Notes: generated by a model not told the origin, from the letters alone. Positions 40,876-51,036 are shown, counted from the first letter of the stretch. The stretch is DNA of 64,000 bases from an uncultured delta proteobacterium (GCA_963798485.1 CAWCTR010000021.1:192001-256000); one strand, 5' to 3'. Translations and numbers: made by a program.

Positions 40876-43800
40876 GAGCTTTTTGGAGTGGCAGACCTAC
40901 TTCACAGATCATACGCATTTCTTCTTGAATGATGTTTTCAGGTTTAGATTTTAAACAGACGTCGCAGAAATAGAAGAGGGCTTCATCCATTCCATATCCA
41001 AAGTGCCTATATTGTATATTTAAAGCATCAACAAAACGCTTGCAACCGTAGCACCAGACTTTATAGTGCCTTTCTTTGCAATCCGGCTTTATCCATTCAA
41101 GTTCTTTTTCAGGTAGTTTTTCCTGTCTTGCCAGAATAACATTCAACCCGATATCTACGGGGAGACATACCCGTTTACACGTTTCATTTTCGAATATCCG
41201 GTTAAGGCGTTTTATAAGATCGATTCGAATGCCCCCTTTCAGCTCCTCACCAAATTCTGATATTAATATAAGCTTGTTCTTATTGCCCTCGTTTTTATTG
41301 CCCTTGTTTTCTTTGATCGATTTAATGAATCGCAATAAACCAAAGAGATATGGATGCTTTGCTTTCTCGATAAGTTTCTCGCACTGCGGACCTCTATAAT
41401 ATGAAAACTTCTTCTTCTCTTCATTCACACTTTCACTTTCTATTAAAGCGCCTAGATGGATACAGACAGCATCGCATTTTTCATATTGTTCCGGTATTTT
41501 TTCTTCCCATTTTGTATCTCCTGTGTATCCAAATGAATATACAGGATCTCCTCCTTCCTTACCATTTTTATGATCAATAAAGTCAATGACATAACCAAAG
41601 GAATCTGACCTTTCAGAGTAGTCGTTGTGATAAGCTATAGTTGGTGTTATTTTTAACTCTCCCTCTTCATTTTCTTTATCTCTTATGATCGATTCGAATA
41701 CATCTTTACTCCCATTTTTTGATGAACGCTTAAATTCAAATGACGGAGGTTTCTTTTTATTATCAGGAGGATAGATTTCCTTATCTATATCCACTATATA
41801 CGTGTCAGCCAAGAATTCCCGTAAAGTAGTATTATTTATAATATGTTCTAATTTACGATAGACTCCCAATGACATGATAGCATGTATTTTCTTTTCAGAG
41901 CCCTTTACTCTCTTCGTAAGATCGAGCAATGATGACACGATCGGCTCGAAATCCCGTATATGATCGGAATGGGCGTGCGATATCAGGATGAAGTCTATGT
42001 CATTGAGCGTAAAACCCATATGAAACAGATTCTTGACAAAATCAAAACCCGGATCAATGGCGATTCCAAGCGTCACAGATCCTTTTTCATCCTGTTTATA
42101 GAGGAGGTAGCCTCCGCCCAGTGATAAGGTAAGCGTGGGTGTCTGGGAATTCCATCTTTGAAGGCCTACAAAGTGATATGACTTTTGTGTTGAATCGGAA
42201 TATAAATGATGACTGCTACGATATTGCAAGCGAGCGAGAAAATGCTCGTTTTCCTGCTTCATGATCCCTTCATATATATTTGCCTCTAGTGTTCTTATAT
42301 CCGCATGCGGAGATTGAGACAAAGAATGATTCCTCACTGGATTTCTAATCGTTCCGAATAAACAACAGGAGGATAGTATGTTCTGCTGCTTTATAGGACA
42401 GTTACCTAGAAGGCCATCAAAGGCTTTACGATCTTCCGGTTCAGAAAAACAACTAACACATTTCCTCTCATCCAAATGATTCTTCAATCTATTAATTCTC
42501 TGATGCCTTTCAAGCTCTTTAAATCGATAAAGTAGAAACTTTTCACGTTCATAATCGTTCAGTGCCCCTAAGAAATATTTTTCGTCTTCAATGTAATCTT
42601 TAGAGTCTAAATTTCTATAAAACTTTTCTAAAGAGTCTGCATACCGGTCGTAATCATATTTGTCGAAGTCTTTAAGTTTAACTCCATTCTCTTTTTTTTC
42701 AGGTAGAATATATTCTTTAATCTTCTCATAGAGATTTTTTATTATTGTATCCTGATAATATTTATCCTCAGGCTTAGAATTCTTATGAAATTCCGAAAGC
42801 AATTTCAGAAACCTTGCGATTTGTTGATAATAACGTGTCCTTTCATTTTTGATTTGAAGAACTGCGCCTTTATTGTTTGGATCTATATAGTTCGGGAATT
42901 TATTACTAAGAGATTCTAAGTCTTTTTTAAATATATCATAATTAACTTCTTTATCTTCTATTTGTTTAAGCCGTTGAAGTTTATCCCAACTAATTTCGAA
43001 TTTTAAAAGAAAGTATTCAAATAAAAGCCCACGAGTCTTACTAATGCTATTTTTTCTAATATTATTTTTTCTGGTTCCCCAAGTATCAAATGCTTTAAAA
43101 AAAGATTCAATGTTATCCATATTGGTTTTAAGCTCTTGGGATGCCAGAAGTTCTATAATTTTTTCTTTTGCCATCTCCATTCTTCCAATATCTCTGTAAG
43201 CAAGAGCCACCTTTATGAGTCTGTTTTCTTTTTTCCTGTCATTAAGCTTTTGTAAGGTCACTATTGTATGATATGAAAATTGCAGAGCTTCTTGGAGCTC
43301 GGCCCTAAAAAGAACAGCCTGGTCATAGAGAAGACTTCTCCACAGCACCTTTTCATCTTTAGCTTGCAGGCATTGTGCAGCATTATCATAATCAAATCCT
43401 CTGATTACTTCACTAAAGGCGAGGGCTGCTTGCATCTTTTGGTTTGAATGCCAATATCCGATACCTTCATTCAATCGCGCCCAGAGCTTATACAGCTCAA
43501 ACCTATAATGGGATGCGCTTCCGTTCTCCGTTTTACCTTTGATGGCCTCCTCACGGGCTCGAATTGCAAATCCAAGAGATTCGAGACCTGGTTTTCCACA
43601 GGCAGAAAGTTCCTGAAAATAAAGATGTTGAAGAATTATTTCGTGATTTGTTTGTGGATATGGATACGGGAGCTTACGTTGCAGATATACGATAAGTTCG
43701 TCTAGATGCTTCATGTAGCTGTCTGTGCCTTGTTGCATGATTTTTGCACGGAGGTACTTGGCAAAGAATAAGCGCCTCCATTTAATATTTGTTGTTTCTA

Positions 43801-44071
43801 TTTTGCAGGAACCGATATCTTGAATGGATTGTTCAGGATATTCTTCTTTATTATCGTCATTAATATTAATAAAAATTGATTGGAAATCTTGCTCGCCGCA
43901 GAAAACCTTATTTATTTTTTCCTTTAATGTTTTCTCAATTGCAATACAGTCATATAACTTTTCATACTCCTCTTCATCAATCCAGACATCAACTTTTACA
44001 TTTAGCAGCTCAAGTTCTTGGAAATCTTCATTGGTCACATAATCACCCCGTCCCCCCAAACAGTTAGGCAA
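40868..44071 (-). CDS. large protein with helical N-terminus, C-terminal MBL-fold metallo-hydrolase and possible Zn ribbon
   Basis: IDPG, SHAHSDH (HxHxDH), HND, YTGDT; terminal CYGC...CDVC; start may be GTG at 44038. Confidence 0.85.
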   Translation of the reverse strand: MPNCLGGRGDYVTNEDFQELELLNVKVDVWIDEEEYEKLYDCIAIEKTLKEKINKVFCGEQDFQSIFININDDNKEEYPEQSIQDIGSCKIETTNIKWRRLFFAKYLRAKIMQQGTDSYMKHLDELIVYLQRKLPYPYPQTNHEIILQHLYFQELSACGKPGLESLGFAIRAREEAIKGKTENGSASHYRFELYKLWARLNEGIGYWHSNQKMQAALAFSEVIRGFDYDNAAQCLQAKDEKVLWRSLLYDQAVLFRAELQEALQFSYHTIVTLQKLNDRKKENRLIKVALAYRDIGRMEMAKEKIIELLASQELKTNMDNIESFFKAFDTWGTRKNNIRKNSISKTRGLLFEYFLLKFEISWDKLQRLKQIEDKEVNYDIFKKDLESLSNKFPNYIDPNNKGAVLQIKNERTRYYQQIARFLKLLSEFHKNSKPEDKYYQDTIIKNLYEKIKEYILPEKKENGVKLKDFDKYDYDRYADSLEKFYRNLDSKDYIEDEKYFLGALNDYEREKFLLYRFKELERHQRINRLKNHLDERKCVSCFSEPEDRKAFDGLLGNCPIKQQNILSSCCLFGTIRNPVRNHSLSQSPHADIRTLEANIYEGIMKQENEHFLARLQYRSSHHLYSDSTQKSYHFVGLQRWNSQTPTLTLSLGGGYLLYKQDEKGSVTLGIAIDPGFDFVKNLFHMGFTLNDIDFILISHAHSDHIRDFEPIVSSLLDLTKRVKGSEKKIHAIMSLGVYRKLEHIINNTTLREFLADTYIVDIDKEIYPPDNKKKPPSFEFKRSSKNGSKDVFESIIRDKENEEGELKITPTIAYHNDYSERSDSFGYVIDFIDHKNGKEGGDPVYSFGYTGDTKWEEKIPEQYEKCDAVCIHLGALIESESVNEEKKKFSYYRGPQCEKLIEKAKHPYLFGLLRFIKSIKENKGNKNEGNKNKLILISEFGEELKGGIRIDLIKRLNRIFENETCKRVCLPVDIGLNVILARQEKLPEKELEWIKPDCKERHYKVWCYGCKRFVDALNIQYRHFGYGMDEALFYFCDVCLKSKPENIIQEEMRMICEVGLPLQKAHE

Positions 44072-44139
44072 TAAATTAAATCTTGGTTAACTCTTATACT
44101 AACCTTGAGTCCAGACTGTAGATAATTAAAATTTGGAAA

Positions 44140-44280
44140 TTAACGGCAACCATGGCATCCGGAGCACTGACGGCAGACGATCCGTTTGTCGGATGCATTG
44201 ATAATTTCAACGGGGAAATTCATAGTCTTTTCTTTTCTCAACAGAGGTTTTTCGTACTTTTTTAATTTATCCTTTTTCAT
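44140..44280 (-). CDS. putative RiPP precursor peptide, 46 aa (MKKDKLKKYEKPLLRKEKTMNFPVEIINASDKRIVCRQCSGCHGCR)
   Basis: Manual translation; AGGAG RBS; ATGA overlap with the PqqD stop; YxxPxL motif; C-terminal CxxCxxCxxC. Confidence 0.85.
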   Translation of the reverse strand: MKKDKLKKYEKPLLRKEKTMNFPVEIINASDKRIVCRQCSGCHGCR

Positions 44281-44570
44281 CTTTCTCTCCTTTTAAGAAT
44301 ACCTTCGTTAATATAATTTGTGATGATTTCATTAAAATCACTTTTCCCCTCTGCTTCATTGACGTTAAAACTGCTCAGAAAACCTTTTAAAATGCTCTGA
44401 AGGGGTATGTTCTCCGCAATCTGCTCGAGGATCCAATAGGAGGTTTCATTCAGAGTATAATGTTCCCCTGTGTCAATATTGAAGACCCAGTATTTCCCGA
44501 GCTCCCCAATTTTTTGAAGAAAAATATTGTCCTGCAATACAAACGAATCGATCTCTTTTATTTCCAGCAT
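44277..44570 (-). CDS. PqqD-family / RiPP recognition element protein
   Basis: 97 aa; TGEHYTLNETSYWILE...FNV...D...EGIL pattern; overlaps the radical SAM gene. Confidence 0.88.
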   Translation of the reverse strand: MLEIKEIDSFVLQDNIFLQKIGELGKYWVFNIDTGEHYTLNETSYWILEQIAENIPLQSILKGFLSSFNVNEAEGKSDFNEIITNYINEGILKRRER

Positions 44571-45583
44571 TGAGTGTCCTCTGCAAGGTAATCACCGGTT
44601 GCAGTGAAAGCTGAGGCCCTGCATCCCCGGCAAGCAGCTAAAAATTCACATCCGGAGCATTTACCTTTAATGTTCTTGGGATTTCTTATGTCCCATAGAA
44701 CTTTGGACGTATACCACACCTTATAAAAGCTATCATTAAGGGCGTTCCCTATGGGGATCGGTAATCGCCGGCATGGGAGAATTGTGCCATCATGCATAAT
44801 GGTTAATGCGTTCGTGCCTGCAGAACACATGGCGCCTACAGTGGGATCATGTCCGTTAAGAAGACTAAAGAGGGGGCGGTATAATAAGATACGCGGTTTT
44901 TTCTGTTTCAATGCCCGGGTATAAATCTTGGTGAATATCTGTTTCAGCTGAACCGATGAAAGAAATTGATCCTCCAGACCAGCCCCTTTCCCCTCAGGGA
45001 TAAATCGCTCGGCTGCAAATGTATCGACCCCTTCTTTTTCTAACAGATCAATCACGGGATCAAACTCATCTTTATTGAAATTGCTGATCGTCATCATGAC
45101 AGCTATTTGAAAATCATTTTTCTTTAGCAATCGAATGGCATCAAGCGCCTTTTGAAAACTGCCGGAGCCCCTGATCTGATCATTAATATGGGGCGACGAT
45201 CCTTCGAGAGAGAGCTGTATCCGCCTCAGTTTTTTCAGACTCTTCAAGTCGCCAAGAATATCTTCATGAATAAAGCACCCATTGGTCAGGATATCGAAAT
45301 GATGCACAGATTGAAGTGTATCAATATGATTCAGAAGGGAAAACATTTTGTCTTGAACAACAAATGGCTCACCGCCGGTGATGGATAATGTCCCCTTCTT
45401 GTTCCATTTTCTTAATGTGTCATCTATTTCATCTGCCACAATAATGAGTTTATCCAGGCTCAGCTCGTTATCTGATGAATACTTGTCATGATAGCAGTGT
45501 TTGCATCTAAGGTTGCACCTTTCAGTGATGTGCCACTGAAAATAGAATTCTTCATCTATGTTTAATTCATCAAACTGATTCAT
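44558..45583 (-). CDS. radical SAM/SPASM peptide maturase
   Basis: CNLRCKHC, TGGEP; SPASM CSAG..DGTILPC..GN..CSGC..CRGC..DTQC. Confidence 0.95.
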   Translation of the reverse strand: MNQFDELNIDEEFYFQWHITERCNLRCKHCYHDKYSSDNELSLDKLIIVADEIDDTLRKWNKKGTLSITGGEPFVVQDKMFSLLNHIDTLQSVHHFDILTNGCFIHEDILGDLKSLKKLRRIQLSLEGSSPHINDQIRGSGSFQKALDAIRLLKKNDFQIAVMMTISNFNKDEFDPVIDLLEKEGVDTFAAERFIPEGKGAGLEDQFLSSVQLKQIFTKIYTRALKQKKPRILLYRPLFSLLNGHDPTVGAMCSAGTNALTIMHDGTILPCRRLPIPIGNALNDSFYKVWYTSKVLWDIRNPKNIKGKCSGCEFLAACRGCRASAFTATGDYLAEDTQCWK

Positions 45584-45779
45584 CTCTTCATAAAGTTATG
45601 ACAGGATCTAATTCCATCTAATTTTATTGGTGCAGAGATAGCACAACTCAATCAAAATTAATATCAAAAGAAATTGTATTAAAAACCTAGCACATCATCT
45701 ATCAAATTGATAATACATAATTTTATCTGATTTCCTGATCGTATTTTTAATGTACTTTTAGGATTCAATCACCAGCTGA

Positions 45780-47225
45780 TCATGGTTCGAACTTTGGATC
45801 AGGGCATTCAGGGTATGTCGGAGGAAGAGGCCTGCATGCCGGCAGCTCCTCGATAACTCGCATGGACTTCCACTTCCCCTGAAGGAAACGTCCAAAGAAG
45901 GCAAATCCCAGAATAGTCACATAGGCAGTGGCACTATACCAAGCCGCCATTAACCCAAACCCGAGAACCGTGATGGCTATATAGGTTGGAATGACGAGAA
46001 TGAAGGCAGAGACCAGAACGTTCATGTACATGACGAAGCGTGTGTCCCCTGCTCCCTTTATGGCATATGCAAAGATAACATTCATGGTATCAAAGACAGA
46101 GTAAAATGCCACAAACCTGAGCAGCATTATACTGAGGCGTTCAATCTCGGTATATGCCCCTGCATGAGCATGCGCAGCAAAGGGTGCTACAAGAACACCA
46201 GGCACCACCACGAAAAGGATCGCGATGGTACTCATATAGATAAACGTCATACCGAATCCCGAATATACGCTTCTGGCGGCAATGGCAGGCCGGTTTTTGC
46301 CAAGATACTGCCCCACGAGAACAGATACCGCAATGCCGACCCCAATCATGGGCATGAAGGCAAGCGTGTTGATGTTGAATGCTATGTTTGTTGCAGCAAG
46401 GCTTACTGTGCCAAGACGCCCAAGGATCAGTACAAATACTGTGAACCCTACCATATCGAGGAAGAACTGCACCCCTGACGGAACTCCGAATTTAAGCAGT
46501 CGCACGAACAGCTCCCTCTCTGGTTTCCAACCTGAGATAGTATGATAGACTGCATCGTAGGAAGGATGAGCAATAAGTGCCACATAGGCCAAGAAGGAAA
46601 AGCTCCCAGAGATAACCGCAGCAATGGCTGCACCTTTCATCCCCATCTCAGCGAACCCCCACTTTCCGAAGATGAGCATGTAACCCAGAACGAGATTGAC
46701 AGCGGTGGCGAGCACATTTACCCACATGACAGGCCAGGGCTTCCCCCTGCCAGAGAAGAATCCGGCCAAGGCGGAGGCGGCTATCACCGGGAAGCCGCCA
46801 AGGCAGAGGTACTGGAAATAAACCACTTCATTTTTCTGCACTGCAGGGTCATGACCTACAAAGGCAAAAAAAGGCCCGGCAAACGGGATCAGGCATAAGA
46901 TAATCAGACCCCCGATAAGTGACAAGTAGATGCCCTGCCACAGGGCCGGGCCGATCCTGTCATATCTTCGGGCGCCATAGTATTGTGCCACAAAGGTGTT
47001 CACATAACTCGCAGTCCCGATGAAAAAGCTCATGACTGCGAAGTTCACCATACTTGAGGGCATGGCTGCGGCTATGGTCTCAGGTGAATACCAGGAAAGA
47101 AACATCCGGTCCACGAAGTGCTGGATAGACCAAGAGCCGGTGCTGAGCACCAGCGGGAAGGCGAGCACGAGCACTTCCCGGACTCCACCTTGGCCTGACC
47201 ATCTTTCTTTTAAGTAATTATTCAT
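45780..47225 (-). CDS. MATE-family efflux transporter
   Basis: VAQYYGA, GMKGAAIA, VGQYLG and KGAGDT motifs; multi-TM. Confidence 0.93.
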   Translation of the reverse strand: MNNYLKERWSGQGGVREVLVLAFPLVLSTGSWSIQHFVDRMFLSWYSPETIAAAMPSSMVNFAVMSFFIGTASYVNTFVAQYYGARRYDRIGPALWQGIYLSLIGGLIILCLIPFAGPFFAFVGHDPAVQKNEVVYFQYLCLGGFPVIAASALAGFFSGRGKPWPVMWVNVLATAVNLVLGYMLIFGKWGFAEMGMKGAAIAAVISGSFSFLAYVALIAHPSYDAVYHTISGWKPERELFVRLLKFGVPSGVQFFLDMVGFTVFVLILGRLGTVSLAATNIAFNINTLAFMPMIGVGIAVSVLVGQYLGKNRPAIAARSVYSGFGMTFIYMSTIAILFVVVPGVLVAPFAAHAHAGAYTEIERLSIMLLRFVAFYSVFDTMNVIFAYAIKGAGDTRFVMYMNVLVSAFILVIPTYIAITVLGFGLMAAWYSATAYVTILGFAFFGRFLQGKWKSMRVIEELPACRPLPPTYPECPDPKFEP

Positions 47226-47417
47226 GTGAATACCATGTCCGGGATATGTAAGCTCATCGGTGATGAATTCATAGCACGACCGAAATACTTTGGAAATTGC
47301 CAGGACATGATTCGGACTTGATTCATTCCCTATCATCAATTAAGAATGAACCTCACAAGCTTGTTTCTCCATCAAAAGTGCATCCATGTGAATAGGGCTA
47401 TACAAAGGAGTATGATA

Positions 47418-47651
47418 ATGGCTGTGAGTTTTGATCAAGTTGAAAAGGCACTCGAAAAGACCCGCACCGTACTCAAGAGTGACGGCGGAAATGTTGAACT
47501 CGTAGATGTCTCACCAGATGGAATTGTACAGGTTCGGCTTAAGGGTGCATGTAACGGATGTCCTATGGCCACCATGACACTCAAGTCTCTCATCGAAAGG
47601 GTAATCAAGAAAGAGGTGCCTGAGGTCAAGGAAGTGAAGGCTGTGGCTTAG
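47418..47651 (+). CDS. NifU-like (Nfu) Fe-S carrier protein
   Basis: DGGNVELV and GACNGCP motifs. Confidence 0.93.
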   Translation: MAVSFDQVEKALEKTRTVLKSDGGNVELVDVSPDGIVQVRLKGACNGCPMATMTLKSLIERVIKKEVPEVKEVKAVA

Positions 47652-48667
47652 TGACCATTAAACCCTTCCCCCGTATTGGATCCATCCACTCGCTGACGGT
47701 TCCCCTACCCGGATTCCCTGCCCTCATCTGCTCCAATATGTTTGTTCTGGGGGATGGCCCCATAACACTCATCGACTGTGCCCCCAAGTTCCCGGGCTCA
47801 TTGCTTACTCTGGAGAGGCAACTCCATGAAATCGGCTTTGGTTGGAATGACGTCGAGCGCATCATCATCACCCATGGCCATATCGACCACTTCGGCCTGG
47901 TGGGCCGGATCCGCAACGCCTCCGGACATGCGATCCCCTGCTATATCCACCATGACGATCTGTGGAAACTATCCGGTGATTATCTTAAGAGCGGTATGTG
48001 GGACGAGGATGCCGACGTCTTCTATGCAAAGATAGGTATGCCTGAACAAACAGTGGAACGGATGAAGCGCCGGTCGCACTTCTTTAAAAATCTCTGCGAT
48101 CCGGTAGATGATGCAATCCCTATGAAGGGGGGCGATATCTTCCAGGGTAGCGGGTTCGATCTTCAAGTCATCCACACCCCCGGTCACTCGATAGGATGCT
48201 GCTGCCTGTATGAGCGGAATCACAAAATCCTTTTCAGCGGCGACCATCTCCTCAAGCACATCACACCCAACCCTTTCCATGAGGTGAACCGTTCCCGCCT
48301 GAGAGACCCTTCATATAAGAGCCTTAAGGCATATATGGAATCTCTTGTGAAACTTGAACATCTCAAAGTAAGCTTCATCTTCCCAGCACATGGAGAATAT
48401 ATTATCGACCTGGAATCCCTTATAGCAGGCTACCGGAAGCATCATGAGAAACGTACCGAGGAAATATGGCAGACCCTGAAAAATGGGGTGTGTTCTATCT
48501 ACGGGCTTATGACAGATGTTTTCCCCGGCATCGAAGAATCCGAGGCCTTCCTTGCTGTCTCTGAGATCCTTGTCCACCTGGAACTCCTGATTGAGGCAGG
48601 CAAGGCCGAACTTGTAGGGGAAGGGCCGCCTGCACTCTTTCACGCAAGCTTAGTCAACACAAATTAG
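47651..48667 (+). CDS. MBL-fold metallo-hydrolase
   Basis: THGHIDH, HTPGHS, SGDH and PAHG motifs. Confidence 0.93.
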   Translation: MTIKPFPRIGSIHSLTVPLPGFPALICSNMFVLGDGPITLIDCAPKFPGSLLTLERQLHEIGFGWNDVERIIITHGHIDHFGLVGRIRNASGHAIPCYIHHDDLWKLSGDYLKSGMWDEDADVFYAKIGMPEQTVERMKRRSHFFKNLCDPVDDAIPMKGGDIFQGSGFDLQVIHTPGHSIGCCCLYERNHKILFSGDHLLKHITPNPFHEVNRSRLRDPSYKSLKAYMESLVKLEHLKVSFIFPAHGEYIIDLESLIAGYRKHHEKRTEEIWQTLKNGVCSIYGLMTDVFPGIEESEAFLAVSEILVHLELLIEAGKAELVGEGPPALFHASLVNTN

Positions 48668-48686
48668 TGATCCCAGGGTTGAGGTT

Positions 48687-49295
48687 ATGCCTACTATACG
48701 AGAAAAAACTCAACACATCATCGAGGACTGGATTGCGCCGCAGAGCCGGGTGCTTGACTTGGGCTGCGGTGACGGCACGCTTTTGAGCCGCCTTACGGAA
48801 AGGAAGCAGGTTGACGGCATCGGTGTCGAGATTTCCCGGGATATGATCGTGAAGTGTCTGGGCAAGGGCATCAGTGTCTATCAGGCGGACATCGACCACG
48901 GCCTGTCTCAATGGGACGAGCTCAGCTTCGATTACGTTATTCTCACCGCCACCCTGCAGGTGATCCACAGACCCTATAATGTTATCAATGAGATGCTCCG
49001 GGTGGGGAGATGCGCTGTCATTTCAGTGTCCAACTTTGGTTATGCGGCGAACAGATTGGGTATCATGTTGAAAGGCCGCATGACGGATGATATGAGGCTC
49101 ATCGGGGACTGGCACGACACCCCGGTGATTCGATTCGTCTGCCTTAAAGAGTTCATCAGGTCGCTTACGGGAATGGGTATTGATATTCTGGATGCAAGGT
49201 TTTTTCTCCCCTTTGACCTAACAGTGAGAACCAAGATGCCCCTTGATAACCTGATTGTGAAAGAAGCCATCTTTATGCTGGGGCACAATAGATGA
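48687..49295 (+). CDS. metW: methionine biosynthesis protein MetW
   Basis: VLDLGCGDG, FDYVIL..TLQ, EMLRVG; adjacent to metX. Confidence 0.92.
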   Translation: MPTIREKTQHIIEDWIAPQSRVLDLGCGDGTLLSRLTERKQVDGIGVEISRDMIVKCLGKGISVYQADIDHGLSQWDELSFDYVILTATLQVIHRPYNVINEMLRVGRCAVISVSNFGYAANRLGIMLKGRMTDDMRLIGDWHDTPVIRFVCLKEFIRSLTGMGIDILDARFFLPFDLTVRTKMPLDNLIVKEAIFMLGHNR

Positions 49296-50446
49296 GCACA
49301 AGCCCCATTGTTGAGACCAGCATCCTCTCTATCGAGAGGCCTTTCAGGCTGGAATCCGGTGAAATACTCTCAGAGATGAACATTGCCTATGAGACCTACG
49401 GGGAGCTCAACAAGTCGAAAGACAATGCCATTCTCATTGAACACGCACTTTCAGGCAGCGCCCATGCCGCATTCTGCCATAAGGGCGATACAAAGCCGGG
49501 TTGGTGGGATGTCATGATCGGACCGGGCAAGGCCTTTGACACGGATAAACACTTTATTATCTGTGCAAACGTCATCAGCGGTTGTAATGGAACAACCGGG
49601 CCATCTTCCGTCAATCCGGCCACGGGCGAGCCCTATGCCCTTACCTTCCCGCCGGTGACCATCCGCGACATGGTGGAGGTACAAAGGCTCCTGCTCAGCC
49701 ACCTCGGTATCGAACGTCTTAAAAGCGTTGTGGGAGGTTCCATGGGAGGTATGCAGGCCTTGCAGATCTTCTGTGACTACCCATCGCTGTTTGCTTCATT
49801 CATCTGTATCGCATCCACCATGCGGCACTCGGCCCAGCAGATTGCCTTTAACGAGGTAGGCAGGCGGGCCATCATGGCAGACCCGAGATGGAACGGTGGC
49901 AATTATTACGGGGAAATACCCCCGGAGGGCGGGCTGTCGGTTGCACGGATGATCGGCCATATCACCTATATCTCGGAAAAAATGATGCAAGAAAAATTCG
50001 GCCGGATTCGCAAGGGCAAAGACTCCAAGGCCGTATTCAGACCATCCTTCGAGGTAGAACACTACCTGGACTACCAAGGCATAGCCTTTGTCCGCCGGTT
50101 CGACGCCAACAGCTATCTTTATATCACAACAGCCATTGATAACTTCGATCTGGTCTCCTCCATCAGCGGCTCTACACGATTACGGGGCGAAAACCGGGCC
50201 AGGGGTAGAGGCTTTGACACATTAAAAAAGAAAAAAGGCCTCGTCATCTCCTTCACCTCAGACTGGCTCTACCCCTCTCAACAATCCCACGACATTGTCC
50301 GGTTCTTTTCGGGGTTGAATGTACGTGTCTCGTATGCAGAGATCGCGACTGACCACGGCCATGATGCCTTTCTTACGGATTATGGGCAACTCTGTCTGAT
50401 AGTGAGCAGCTTTCTAGACTCGCCCAATGAATTAAGCAGATTATAA
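49292..50446 (+). CDS. metX: homoserine O-acetyltransferase
   Basis: HALSG, GWWD, GGSMGG, RFDANSY and HGHDAFL motifs. Confidence 0.95.
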   Translation: MSTSPIVETSILSIERPFRLESGEILSEMNIAYETYGELNKSKDNAILIEHALSGSAHAAFCHKGDTKPGWWDVMIGPGKAFDTDKHFIICANVISGCNGTTGPSSVNPATGEPYALTFPPVTIRDMVEVQRLLLSHLGIERLKSVVGGSMGGMQALQIFCDYPSLFASFICIASTMRHSAQQIAFNEVGRRAIMADPRWNGGNYYGEIPPEGGLSVARMIGHITYISEKMMQEKFGRIRKGKDSKAVFRPSFEVEHYLDYQGIAFVRRFDANSYLYITTAIDNFDLVSSISGSTRLRGENRARGRGFDTLKKKKGLVISFTSDWLYPSQQSHDIVRFFSGLNVRVSYAEIATDHGHDAFLTDYGQLCLIVSSFLDSPNELSRL

Positions 50447-50525
50447 TAGCTCAAGTTCTACCCCTTTGATCTTTTCAGGACCGCTGCCGAAAAGAGTGGT
50501 TGGTATGTAAAGGAAGGACAATAAA

Positions 50526-50927
50526 ATGAAGACACTCATTGTTGAAGACGAATTAACGAGCAGGATCATCCTGGAAAAGATCCTGGCACTCTTTGGGGAA
50601 ATTCATCTGTGCTATAACGGTAATGAAGCGATTGACGCCTTTCGCTCTATGCTCGATCAGGGTACTCCATTCGACCTGATCTGTATGGACTTCATGATGC
50701 CCGAGATAGACGGCCATGCCGCACTGACCCAAATCAGGGCCATGGAGAAAGAACGAGGTATTTCTCGTGCCGAAGGGGTAAAGGTCATTATGACTACGGG
50801 TTTAAGCAATATTGAAACAGAATATGTCGACATTACCTCCATGTGCGATGCGATCCTTCTCAAACCTATCCGCAAGGATGTGCTCCTCAAGTCTCTTCAG
50901 GATCTTGGATATTCAAGGCCCGGTTGA
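50526..50927 (+). CDS. single-domain response regulator (CheY-like)
   Basis: VED, DLICMD..MP, T and KP motifs. Confidence 0.92.
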   Translation: MKTLIVEDELTSRIILEKILALFGEIHLCYNGNEAIDAFRSMLDQGTPFDLICMDFMMPEIDGHAALTQIRAMEKERGISRAEGVKVIMTTGLSNIETEYVDITSMCDAILLKPIRKDVLLKSLQDLGYSRPG

Positions 50928-51036
50928 AAACGGACCTGCTGCCTTGTATCACAGGGTTTATGACTAAAAAAGAGATCAGCGGCCGATAACCAATTCATGC
51001 GCTGTCATTTACAAAAAGAAGGAGACGCTTCACTTC

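Noticed and set aside
38222-44570. Lasso peptide cluster (PqqD + YxxPxL leader + asparagine synthetase homologue)
   Set aside because: No transglutaminase-like B2 peptidase; the AsnB-like protein keeps an intact Cys amidotransferase domain; the peptide has no Asp/Glu at core positions 7-9 after the Thr(-2) candidate; the rSAM/SPASM and Cys-rich tail point elsewhere.
45780-47225. MATE transporter as exporter of the RiPP cluster
   Set aside because: Host-like composition, downstream of nothing in the island and separated from the rSAM gene by an AT-rich promoter-like gap; more likely flanking chromosome, though not excluded.
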